Assembly (NCBI GenBank): GCA_043228905.1
Contig: JBHGNT010000015.1
Coordinates: 14,446,001-14,510,000 of the forward strand
DNA from: Azolla caroliniana
Lineage: Eukaryota > Plantae > Polypodiophyta
Direction: 5' to 3'
Length of the DNA stretch: 64,000 nt
Part shown: positions 1-12,240 of the stretch, one piece after another
Numbering within the stretch: position 1 is the stretch's first letter
Layout: each line of letters starts with the position of its first letter
Program-made: the position numbers and the translations under genes
The notes under the pieces: generated by a model
Seen by the model: the letters and a program-made list of their open reading frames with translations, nothing else
Database searches by the model: none
Told to the model about the DNA's origin: nothing

Positions 1-59
1 GACCTTATTCTCACATTTTAGGAACATCTTTAAATTTAAAATTTTAAAATTTGACCTAA

Positions 60-230
60 GTTGAAAACCGAAACCTAACCACGAAATCGTGGTTTTATCA
101 GTTTAATGGTTTAATGGCTTGAAAATTATTTAACGGTTTCGTGGTTCAGTTCGGTTTAGGTTTCAAACTTTTTAAACGGTTTGGTTTTGACCCTCTCAAA
201 CCGAACCAAACCGTTGTCAATTGTTACCTA
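60..230. mobile_element. Probable end of a hAT-like/MITE DNA transposon (AAACCG/CGGTTT subterminal repeats ending in CCTA)
   Basis: Dense AAACC(G)/(C)GGTTT motifs in both orientations ending ...AACCGTTGTCAATTGTTACCTA. No partner end or TSD is visible. Confidence 0.35.
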
Positions 231-1052
231 GACCAGAGGAGCCACATTTGACTAGCCCCGGAATTGGCATGTGGCCAACTCAATGGATACCAAGGTGTGG
301 AGGTTTATGCAAATTCATACGAAAATGTATAAATTGGTTGAACTTAGGTTTTGGATTTTATCTCAAAATATCGTCTTCTATCAATGATGAATAAAGAAAT
401 ACTGAGAAGAGAGCCAATCTTTTGGACCAACGAGGAGCTAAAATCCTAGTTCAAACACAATGTAGCTTCGTGGATATGAAATTAAGCCTTAATGAATAAG
501 GACGTTTTTGTTCATTTACAGGGTTTTCTCCAGTGGTGCCTATTGCCTACAGTAAGTTCCATACACCAGACCGTTCTTCATCTAAGCATGGTAAGTAACG
601 GCTTGTTTACATTAATCCAACGCATCTGCTGCACAACAAAAAGGAAACGCAGGTTTCATCTGCTCTAACGAGCACCATTTGCTGTTGATTGAGAGCCATT
701 TCCTGTTGATTGATCCCGTGTCTTTTTTCTATCGCATAGTGTGTGGGTAGACGAATTGATTTCATAGAGAATAGAACACACGCACGCAGGCTAGGGTTTT
801 TGGAACTCACCAGAAGAGCAGGCGAGAAGGCGACGAACGTGGGATTGGAGCTGAGCAGGGAGGGAAGGGTGGGGATCCACTTCCGGGAGCAGAAGAGAAG
901 ATCGGAGGTGGGCAGGGAGGAAGTCGGAGAGGTCGGATTGTCGAAGAATCGTGTCTATCAGGGAGGCAAGAAGCTCCGGGAAAGGGAACGCAGACATGGC
1001 CGCAAAAGCTCCTTCCTTCCATCTCTGTTTTGCCTTCCCCTTCGCCCCCTGA

Positions 1053-1120
1053 GAAGCTTCTAGAAGCTTCTAGAAGGTTCCAGGAGCCCCCTGGTTTTTC
1101 ATATCAAGAAGGTTCTAGAA
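1053..1120. promoter_or_regulatory. Heat-shock element array
   Basis: GAAgcTTCtaGAAgcTTCtaGAAggTTC at 1053-1080 (six alternating nGAAn units) plus GAAggTTCtaGAA at 1108-1120. Confidence 0.65.
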
Positions 1121-1344
1121 GGTCCCGCAAAAAGATCGGGCACTCTTGGGGCCTCCTGAGATCAATCATCGGTCAAGAAGTTTTCTTTTGGATGCCCTAC
1201 TCTCGGCAAAAAATAATAAAAAAAACCCTCTCCCCATCTCTGCGCGTTCATTCATTAGTGGGGCGACATACCTGTGATCATGCATGGAAGTGTGGAGGCA
1301 TGTTGGAGTCGGCAACAGCTCCGCTCAAGCCTAAATCGAGCCAT

Positions 1345-1634
1345 TAAACCGTTTTTAAAACGGTTTGTTGGTTTGCCGAATCGGCTCGACTCAGTTTGGG
1401 CTTGAGCTTCTCAAACTGGTTTTGAGCTCGGCTTGGCAAAGGTCAAGCCAAGTCGAACCATTTTGGGCCAAACCGGTTAAGGCTTAATCGGTTTAGCCAA
1501 TTTAGGTAAGCTTAACCAGTTTAGGAACCAATTCGATTCAAGTTTGAATTTCTCCAAACCGGTTGCGGCTTAACTGGATTGATTCCTAGAAGGCCAAACC
1601 AGTTGAGTCAAAATTGAACCGTTGCCGATTCCTA
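1345..1634. mobile_element. Second probable hAT-like subterminal repeat cluster/end
   Basis: Many AAACCG/CGGTT/GAGCC/GGCTC motifs, ending ...AACCGTTGCCGATTCCTA, similar to the end at 230. Confidence 0.35.
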
Positions 1635-3711
1635 GAAGCATGCACGTGTCATGAAAGAGCAACGACATGTACGAAGCAAAGGCAAACCTTCATATGTTAT
1701 CCATCAACATCTCTTGCACCTCCTTGTTGGCATGTTTTCTCTTTGCACCCAAATTATAGATCTGAGCATTTTTCTCCATTTTCAAGGCCAATCTAAATTC
1801 AAACATTTGTTTTACCTCTAACTTAATCTACGCAAAATGACCTAACGTCAGATGGTCACACTCCCTCTCTCTCCCCCTTGTACATTTTGCAATATGAAAA
1901 CCCCACGATTTACATATGATACCTTATTGAGTGCCATACATCTATGTATATCCACATTCACCTCCTCTCCCCCCATATCTATAGTGAAACCATTCATCGT
2001 ATTCCACTGCCTTATTTAAAAAACTATTCTCCAATAATCACATTGCTCACTCACGCTGCTAATGAACAATTCCATGTGCCATAATGATGATACGAATAGA
2101 TCTATTACTATGATGTGCAATACATAGATCAAAGTAATTTAGAGATAATATCCATATTGGCATGTTCGTTAAGTGGGATGTGCTCAAATACACGACTTGT
2201 GTTTAAAATGTTATAAAAAATAATATTCATTTTCCTTCAATGAGCATCCTTGTCGGATAGACCAACCATAGTGGCCTTACTATGGTGATGATATTACATG
2301 ACAAGGACGTTGTTTACAAAAACCTACATATTGAAAGGCATTGTAGAATGAAATCTACTTTTATTTTATTCATCAATGTCAAGTTAAAACAAAACGAAGT
2401 TTTCTTTGGATTGACTTGTTTCTAGAGAGCTACGCTTGTATCTAGGATGTCGCATCCTTTAACATAGCTATGTGTCATTCCATGATGTATCTATGAAGGT
2501 GGGGTGATGCCTTGGGCAATATATTTATAAGTTGTATTCAACTTGATATTACGCATATCCCCTTTGTAGATAATCACAATATGGCATTCGAAAGAAACTC
2601 CCTCAAAATGGAGGAACAAACACATGACCTTTTTGTGGGCTCTTCTAGAGCTAAATGTGGCACTAATTCCATACCATTAATCACCCTTTCCACCAAGCTA
2701 TAGAAAACCCCAAGGTTTGTCATTAAGGATGTTTGTTGTAGCTAAATCTTGTTTATAAATGTGAGCCTATGACATTATAACTTATTCAATACAGAGGACT
2801 TACAACCTTCATATGTATCCTAACATTTACATGCTTCATATTTCTCAATACTTCATATGTATTGTTGAGTAGTGTCAAAGAAAAGGCAAATTTGTTTACT
2901 AAACTCATACAATTTGTTTGTTTGTTTCTGTTGACACATTGCATATTTCCTATGTCACACATGTGACTGATTGCAACGCTTGCTCAATTTTTCTATTTCC
3001 TTTTCCTAGCCCTTGCTATGTATAGTTTTGCATGTTAGTCACAATTGTTAGTACCATAGGGCGCCCAAATATGGAATATACTTAAACCCAAAACGGGCAA
3101 ATGCGTAAGTGAAGTGAAGCGAAGTCATAAATGTCATGTTGGTCAGCAGTGCCAGTACCAAAATTGCAGATGCAAAAGCGAAGCAACCATCAATATATGT
3201 TAGTCCGCATGATGGGTGGCCAATCTTGGAACGTGGAGGCAGGTGCACTAGCCTAAATATGGGATACAACTGACACACACACACCCAGAATGGCAAGGCG
3301 TAAAGCAAAAAAATTCGGGACGTCTGGGGTTTTCCACCGGAGTAGGTTAGATTCTTAGCCCCCTGCCCCACCTTGTTGGGCCCGGCCCTTATCACGCTCG
3401 CGCGCACACACACACACACACACACACTTGCCATAATAGGAGAGCTTTCCCAAAGTGGACACCCTCCCCCTGCCACACTTGGACAATCCCAGGACCTTTT
3501 TCCCAAAGTAGATCCGACACAACCAACCAACCAACCAACTAACTTTTTCTTCTTCTTGTGGTCTAGTGTCATAGTGATCATCATCACAGTCTTTTGAGTC
3601 AAACACTCCCCCAAGCAAATCACTTTCCTTCCAATGGGACTCCTTTTCTGCTGTCCCCCATAGCCACATCCCAGCACAGAAAACAAAACAAAACACACAG
3701 AGCAATCTGCC

Positions 3712-6700
3712 ATGGCTTCTTCTCCCTCACTCTTCTTCTCTCTGCTCATTAGCTTATCCTTATTACCCTCTTCTTCTTCCTCCTCCTATTCTCCATCTCC
3801 TCCTTCTCGCCCCTTGCTGCTTACACTCTCAGATGACCCCTTCTCCTACTCCATCATCAACATTACCTCCTCCGATGAAACCAATCTCATTGTCGAAGAC
3901 GACATATCATCGAGACTCAGACAGGACAACCATACGGATAAAGGAGATGGTGATGGTGATGATGGTGATCAAGGTTCCGCGATCACGCAATCTTGTTTCG
4001 CTTGCCAACCCACATATGGCTTCCTCCCCTGCACCGATTCCGTCCTCGGAAACCTCTTTCTTTTGGCTGCCTATGCCTACCTGATCTTCGTCGCAGGACG
4101 GTTAGTCTCCAAAGGTAGCGAGTATCTCCTCACTGTGCTTGATGCAGGTCTTGTGGGCGGCCTTGTCCTCCCCATATTGGGTGCCCTACCTGATGCCATT
4201 CTTATCCTTGGTATGTATCATCTAATGACTACTCCTTTTTCCTTTAATCATCAAACATATAGATTAACCTCTTATATGCATATGCATGTACTATGTATGC
4301 CAATGTATGTGTATGTTATACAGAGAATTTGGAGGTCTTTCTATGATTGAATGCTTCCCAACTGAATACTAGGATCTTTATGAGTTTTTGCTGTTTTCTT
4401 CGGATTTCCATTTAAATAAATGCAGAGCCTAAAACATTATGGCATATCTATCTACATTCATTCTTATGGGTTTGGGATTTTTAGGGTTTAGAGTGTCTAC
4501 TTCTTGCTTAAGAATAATGGCAAAGAGCTGGCTGGAAATGAAAAAAAACAATGTGTCTTGGGCACCTCTTGGAATTAAACTAGCCTTTCTGTGCATCTCC
4601 CTAAAAAATGTCTTGCTTCAGTCTCTGTTGCTGCATCATGATGAAAAAATCTCAGGACCTCATGAAGGGATGATGGAGAGGGAGGGGGGGGGGGGGATGC
4701 CCCCAAAACAAGTTTGATAAGCTATACTATATTTAGTTAAGTAACATGATATAGTAGTATTGTATCTGGATGTGCTATATATCTAGTTTCTTCTTGTTTT
4801 TTTGTAGTGTCTGGCTTAGGGGGTACACAAGCCCAAGCTCAGCAACAAATATTGGTTGGTATTGGGCTGCTCGCGGGATCGATTGTGATGCTTTTAACTC
4901 TGCTATGGGGAAGTTGCCTTCTACTCGGAAGATGCGATTTGGAGGTTGTTCATGGTGAGCTTATTGCAATAGACAAGCAACTTTCGAGGCCATTTCATCT
5001 GACAGGTACCGGAATGGTCGCCCATCCTTTTCTCTCAAATTTTCTCTGCTAGTTAAATTTTAATTATCTCAAAACTGTCCTTCAAAATTTGGGTGCCGTA
5101 TACACGACTAGTAGGGTAAACCCTAAACACATTTGTGGAGAGAATGTCAATGTATGAAGATACATGCAGATCTTTCGGGGTTCTTATTAATGCTCATGCG
5201 AGTGCAGGAACGGGAGTCCAAAACGACGATTTGACCATGTTATCAGCCCGAATCATGGTGATGGCCATTATTCCATTCGTAATAGCCCAACTTTCAACAA
5301 TCTTCCATTTCAATACTACTGGCGACATCCCAATTCTAGTGGCTTGTGTGATGGCTTTTGCATTGCTTTTGAGCTACTGCCTTTACCAGGTTTTGCTACC
5401 CCCTCCCATTATTATATCTGAAGAGGCCAAGTTTACTATATACTTTTTTTCATTTTGATAAGATCACAAGGAACAGTCATAACTAGACAGTACAAACTTC
5501 TTCTGCGAACGCAAGCATAAATGGTGCGAGCAAGAACAAGAAAGACAGAGAAAAAAGAAGAAGCTATGCTAACTTTGCAGAAATGTGGAATGGGGGAGAT
5601 CCTTGATCTCTAATTTAATATATATGTGAAGAAAAAAAGAAAAGAAAGATAATGGTATGATGGGGAAACAAGGGGTTGAATCAATATCAAAAGAGAGGAA
5701 TATGAGTGTCCCGAGTTATTAGAATGTTTTCTTACCAAAGGAGAATCACAGCTGAAACTAATCATCACATAGGGTTTTTGCTACACAGAACTTGATTTGT
5801 ATGTATGTCAAATGCACGAAACATTTTGTAATCTTCATGAGGTTGCAGGTCTTCACTCCATGGATCCAGGAGCGACGGAAAGAAATAGCGCAAAAAATGT
5901 TGCTTAAGGCTGGTGCATTGTCTCATCTTCTTACAAGAACTGGCAATGCTACTCTTATCAATGAACGTGGGATCCTCGATGAAGAAGTCGCCCACAAGTA
6001 AGTCAGAGATTGATATGTACACACGTTAATTTCTTACTTGAAATCAACCATATGTAATGGACGCATAGAAACAGAGAGACAGAGAACATAAATTGCCAGT
6101 AAAAACTTGCCTTCCTACTAGATTAGTAACACTAATATGGAAAAAAGAACTGTTCAATTGTATGTTAGAAAGAAAAAACTCTGGGATGATAGCATTCTTA
6201 TGTGCTGTTTCTTCAGATTATTCGCCACAATTGATAAGAACAAGGATGGCCTTCTTGAAAAGAAAGAACTCGATCTCATCCTTGCAGTCACTATGGTTGA
6301 TGGCCAGGAAAATAAGATGGCGAAGATGGTCGATCAGATCATGCAAGAATACGACGTCGATCACGATGACATGCTAACTCTTGACGAATTCTTGAACGGA
6401 TTGCGGAAATGGTGCAAAGAATTGAATCTCCATAGACAAAGTTCAATTAAGGCCGAAGTGAGAAGACACTTGTTAATTATGTTTTTCAAACAAGAATGTT
6501 GATGATTGTGTGTTGGTTTTTGTTTGTGAAATGATGTTTGATCTTAAAAAAATATATGCGATCAAAAGTGTGTCATTATACAAGAGGAATTTTGTAACAA
6601 ATCTTATGTGTCGAGTTTATATACATATATGTATATGGAATTCTAGGATCCAGCTCAAACATACAAAGGTGACCTCGAGAGTATTGAAGAGGAAGAAGAA

Positions 6701-7588
6701 GGGGGAGAAAGTGTACCATTGACGAAACCTCAGATAATCAAGAAAGCCGTGGTTCTCCTAATTGTTGGGACCGTTTTCGCTGCGGTTTTTGCAGATCCGC
6801 TTGTGGATTCTGTGAATGGATTCTCAACAGCAAGTCACATTCCATCGTTTTTCATCTCCTTTGTGTTGCTTCCTCTTGCATCAAGTGCAAGTGATGGAAT
6901 ATCGTCCTTACTCTTCGCAGCTCGGAAGAGCAAGAGGATCATGTCATTAACATATTCCCAGGTTAAACTAACTTGATCTATAATGCTTAGTTAGTTGTTT
7001 GCAAATTGATTTCTCAAAGATTTGAGGGATCAATTGGTATTTCTTTCAATGTTGTATTCTTTGAGGATTCAATGTTGTATACATACATACATACATACAT
7101 ACATACATACATACATACATACATACATACACACACACAGACACACAGACACACACCCACATACACACAGACACACAGACACACACCCACATACACACAG
7201 ACACAGACACACACAGACACACAGACACACACACACATGCATGCATCCATCCATACACACACACACACAGTTCCATAGATATGTATGTATATATCTGCAC
7301 ACTTACTTAGAGAGACATGTTCTTGATATGCAATTACAGATATATGGAAATGTGACAATGACATGCACAATGGGATTGGGAACTTTCCTTGCTGTGGTGT
7401 ATTTCCGAGAGCTTGTGTGGAACTTTTCGTCAGAGGTGCTGGTCGTGTGCATTGTCACCATCACCATGGGTCTTTTGGCATCCTTTCGGAAAGTGTTGCC
7501 GACATGGATGGCGGCCATTGCATTGCTTATGTATCCTATCTCCCTTGGCCTTGTTGGTGTGCTAGATTATTTAGCTGGATGGCAGTAA
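3712..7588 (+). CDS. NCL: Sodium/calcium exchanger-like protein with EF-hands (NCL/EFCAX family), 610 aa. Exons 3712-4210, 4808-5005, 5208-5389, 5849-5997, 6217-6457, 6647-6961, 7340-7588
   Basis: All six introns are GT-AG and in phase (1833 nt total). Signal peptide; family motifs CQPTYGFLPC, LGALPDAILILVSGL, GLLAGS, PWIQ.RR, FADPLVD.V..FS, WNFSSEVLV; EF-hand loops DKNKDGLLEKKE and DVDHDDMLTLDE. Confidence 0.93.
7078..7269. repeat. Compound (TACA)n/(CA)n microsatellite in NCL intron 6
   Basis: Visible directly in the sequence. Explains the low-complexity ORFs at 7006-7370. Confidence 0.95.
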
Positions 7589-10268
7589 GAAAACATGCGG
7601 GTTTTCAATTGGGTGGGGAAATATTCCCTTTTCTCCTAGGCAAGCTCCATAAAACTTGGTCTTCCAAAAACGAAGTATAATCTCATCTAAAGGTAATGAG
7701 GTAGTGTCACATGGGGTTAGAGATGTAATTCATTGCTCATCTCACATTTTAGGTGTTAAGACAACTACATTTGTTTTTCTTTTCATGGAAAAATCTTAAC
7801 CTGAGCTCCACACATTAGGTTAAGTGCTAATCAATTCTAGAATCAATGGCTTGATTTGGGACACCAAAATCAACAACTTCATTTGGGACACCATTCCGAT
7901 TAAAAACTCAAATGTTATAAAAAAGTGAGCAAATAAGGTTTTCTCATTTAATGTAGATCAACCTCTCAAAATGTTACTTGACATAGCAAAATATTAATAA
8001 TCCTCCCTATGGTACTTCAAATTTGCCAATAAATATTCAACTATATTGTAAAAATTGCAAAGAAAGAGGAAGCAATAAACAATGCACATGAATTTTTTTC
8101 CAAAAATGATATAATCAAGTATAACAAAAATAATACTCTAAACATTATTACCAATGGTCATTGTATTATGCCTATGCACCGCTCATGTGCATGGACAACT
8201 TACGAGAGACAATCATCTACAAAAGATTGCGTTGACTATTACTAGGGTTAATGAAAGTTAATTATAATTTTACAATGAAGAGGAGAATAAAAAATGATAA
8301 GACAAAAAAGACATGTCCCAAGATGTTTCCGCTAAAAAGAGTATGAGATCTATGTCCAAACATTAGTCAACATGAAACCATTTAAACCTTGTTGAAAACT
8401 ATGAGCCAAAGCTCAACATTGTGAAAATCATGATTATGATGGCAACATTAGAAAGAGGGAGAGATAGAAAGAGAGAAAATATAATATAAAAGATATTTTA
8501 CTGTCCTTGATGAGGCTAATTTTGACCTATTAGACAAAATCAACATATTGTCTTGAACGTGACTCCTTCCTAAGAAGGGTTGTTACCACTATGTACTAAA
8601 AACTCTTGACGTGAAAATAAAGCACACACATGCTCACCCTTGTTGGTAGAAATGTGAGTATGACACTCATATTATCATGCATGTCTAACAAGTCATCATA
8701 TTTCTCTTGAATTACCTTGTGTTTTGAGCATGCGATAAGTAAATGATATTCATCCTCCACCAGTTTTTCCATTGCATACCTTGAAAATATTCATATTTGG
8801 GTGATGAGCCTTGATGCTACCTCAACACCTAGCTTACATGAGTGAGTTTAAAGAAATGTTAAGGCTCTCTGGGAGGCAAACGTCATGGGAGAAGTGAGAT
8901 GCAATTGGATACGTTTTTTTTTCTTGTATGGGGACCAACATTTGATATTTGCAATGTAATATTCCAAATTTGACATTTTAGCATCTTGCCACTTCGTCCT
9001 TAGTGGCTCTAATAATCTATCCTCAATGATCACATACTTCTTAGCATCATCTGAGACTCCAATAGATCTTTTACTCCCCTTCTCACAAACCTTTTCATAT
9101 TAGTTTCGTAATGTCAAGCACCCAACCACATGAAAGGATTTAGCTTGTGTTAGTTTTTTGTACCTTGCATCCTATGTTCCAAGCTTGTTTAGGTAGTCTA
9201 TGATCAGGCATATTCTTGACATTTGTGATATGCTTGTATATGCTTTGTATGGGAAGCACCTCTATGGACCAAGCTTATGTGTCTAATAGCATGATTGGAT
9301 AGGTTGTTGAGGATTTTACCCTTGATTATCTATGTCATGGCATTTTCTTTTCTCTATTTCATTCCATTCACTAAGTGAGATAGTGCCACCCCTCACTTCC
9401 ACTCTATAAAGCAAAACTTAGATCACCATAATAGGGTATTTAAGAGAAATATTAAATTCTTTATGTAGTGGGTAGGATTCCAAAAGTGGGGTAGGTGTGG
9501 AAGGATCAACAAAGGTTCATGGACGACAAAACAACACGCAAGGGTGTTGGCTACAATATGTACAATCATGGTTGTATAATGGTTGAGGTGGAAAGAATGA
9601 CAAAAGACAACAATTGTTGATAGCTGATAGTGGCATATGTTAGATGTCGACGAAAAGCGGTGGTGGCATGATGGCCTACAACGGGGTCGAGTTTGAGTCT
9701 AGCCTTCGATGGAAAGCTAGGCTCAAGGATAACCTTTGACTTGAGGGTAACCAAGAGTCAAAGGCACCCACTTCAAATGATCAAAATGGCCCTCCCTCTT
9801 TTGGAATGGGGGGGGGGGGGGGGGATTTAATAGAAATTATGTTTATGACCTCCCCTCTCCATGTATCATTTGATGGATGAGGTATCGAGTTCGGTCGCCA
9901 TAGGGATTTCAACTCCCACCATCCGAGATTTATACTTGAAGAGGGGAGGTCAAGAATTATTTATTTTTGTTGAATTTGCTCCAAATTTGTGTAACTTTGC
10001 ACTCCAAACTTAAAAATCTGAGCTCAAAAAGTTTGAGGTGCAGCTTCATTTGAAAGTGATTAATTTAGGTAGAAGATTCACAAGAGATAATTGAATATAA
10101 ATACCAAAATAAAATATCGCACTAGTTCATGAATTGAGAAGATACAATGAGTAGAGACTCGACTTTGTTACATGGAGTAGTTTGGATGGTTGAAAGATAA
10201 GAAGATAAAAGATGCACTTGATTTGCAGGTAGAGCTTTAGAGGGATATCCTCGAGTTTTGGTTAAGAG

Positions 10269-10398
10269 TGTTGAGATCACCGCCATCTAATGCGGAACAA
10301 GATCGACACTCTACTTCTATAAGCTCCTATAAGATCGTCAGTGGATACAAGATCGTAACTTTTATAGCAGCGAAGACAAACAATACAACTAGTATGCC

Positions 10399-10468
<70 letters not shown>

Positions 10469-10649
10469 GGCACAATGTAAAGAGTATATTACAACTTAAA
10501 GCAACAACCACTAACTAGGTTACAAAGTCAGTTTATATACTGACTGACTTAGGGCAACTGCCCTTCTCGCTATTTCCATAAATAGCCTAAGCCTAGTGTG
10601 TACAAAAGGAGACAGTGTGAATACATCCATTAGAAGCCCGCATTCAACA
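10269..10649 (-). repeat. 3' LTR of element A, containing a long (GA)n tract
   Basis: TG...CA ends, adjacent PPT, homologous to 46980-47329. Confidence 0.92.
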
Positions 10650-12222
10650 CTCCCCCATGATGGGCGTATACATCTGAAATCTGTAGACCGAAATACAATA
10701 CAGATTGATACAAAGTTTACAAACAATCGAGAATTCGTTCAAGTTGGTGAACTCCGAAGAGCAGAAGGCCGGATTGGCCGAGTTCAGAGAGATTGAAGCC
10801 GAAGTTCGAACTGTCAAGGTCTATTGTTCGAGAAACGTCCTCAATGTCCGATTTAATCGGATTGATTCTTCATTACATCCATTCGATGCCGAAGGGATCG
10901 AAATCGATTCGCCGAAAGGCACTTGGTTAATGCGTCCGCGACATTATTGGTTGTCGATATTTTCTCTAAACCAATTTTCCATGTAATGATGCAGTCCCGA
11001 ACGAAATGATATCGAACGTCGATATGCTTGGAGGCGTTGTGATGAACCAGATTTTTTGACAGAGCAACAACACCTTGACTGTCACTGTAAACAATTGGAG
11101 CCGAGCTGATTTCGGCTTGTCGAAATGTGCAGGCTAGCCATCCGAGCCATAAGGCCTCTTTTGCCGCATCGGACGCGGCTATGTATTCAAACTCGGTCGT
11201 TGATGTGGCGGTGCACTCCTGAAGTTTCGATTTCTACGAGATCGCTCCATTGCCGAGTTTAAAACAATATTTGGTTGTCGATTTACGGCTATTTATGCAA
11301 CTTGTAAAGTCCGACTCGATGTATCTGACTACGCTTGAGATGTCGTTCAGGTCGAATAGAATACCAAGGTCTTTTGTGCCCACCAGATATCTAAACACAT
11401 GCTTGACTGCGTTTTAGTGCGATCGGTCGGGATTATGCATAAATTTGATGACGACTCCAACGGCGTGAGCGATATCAGGACGTGTCGCGACCATCACGTA
11501 CATTAGGGAGCCAACTACCGGTGCATACGGTGTCGTGAAGATTTTCGGCGATAGTGTGGAAATTGTAAGGAACATTCGAAATCGAGTGTGGCTCTTCTCA
11601 CGAGACAATAATAGTGAAGATAATATTTTGAATAAATTTAATATCTTGGTACAAAAAGATGGAGGTCTTCAAGAGCTTTCAAATGTGCTTTACCACATAA
11701 AAAACGGTCATATAAGTGACAAGTTATGTGGGAGTGAAGTATGAGAAGGAAGAAGAGAAAAATAAAATTGTGAGATATCCCACATAGACAGGACAAACAA
11801 GGACCCTACAATATATAAAGTAGAGCAAAAGCTACTATCTTTGTGTCTATGTGAGGAGCACACATGTTTCAGAGAGTTGGGTAGTTGCAAAAAGCCAACG
11901 TGAGATCCAAGAGACAAATGGTAGGAAACAAATGTAAAATTAAAAGGTAAAAAATTAGAATGTAAAAAGGGGGGTGCATTTTTTTATATATGAATTTAAG
12001 AGAAAAAAATTCGTTATCAAATTGATCGTGTAACTTGTTTCTTAAATCTAAAGTCAATTGCTCAATCTTAATCTCTCTCTTTTGCCATATCAATCTCTCT
12101 CAAATTATCTTAAATACTTTCTCGCTAAAGTTTGTGCCAACTTCGAATCCTTTTGGTCGAGAACCCCGACGGTTCCGCCTTGCAATCCGTGCTTAGTGAC
12201 GGATCTTCACGACATAATTAAG

Positions 12223-12240
12223 TGGTGAACCCGACGTGAA
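12223..12240 (+). promoter_or_regulatory. Primer-binding site complementary to the tRNA-Trp 3' end (element B)
   Basis: TGGTGAACCCGACGTGAA is the reverse complement of the plant tRNA-Trp(CCA) 3' end ...TTCACGTCGGGTTCACCA (recalled sequence). It lies 8 nt after the LTR. Confidence 0.85.

Noticed and set aside
743-1063. GC-rich short ORFs on both strands
   Set aside because: No recognisable domain. Possibly a TE or non-coding exon, but not supportable as a CDS.
3048-3749. 233-aa minus-strand ORF over the NCL promoter
   Set aside because: Runs through CA repeats and the 5' UTR, with no protein-like motifs.
7006-7370. His/Thr- and Cys/Val-rich ORFs
   Set aside because: Translations of the intronic microsatellite.
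8400-9800. Possible decayed transposon coding sequence
   Set aside because: No motif could be recognised with confidence.
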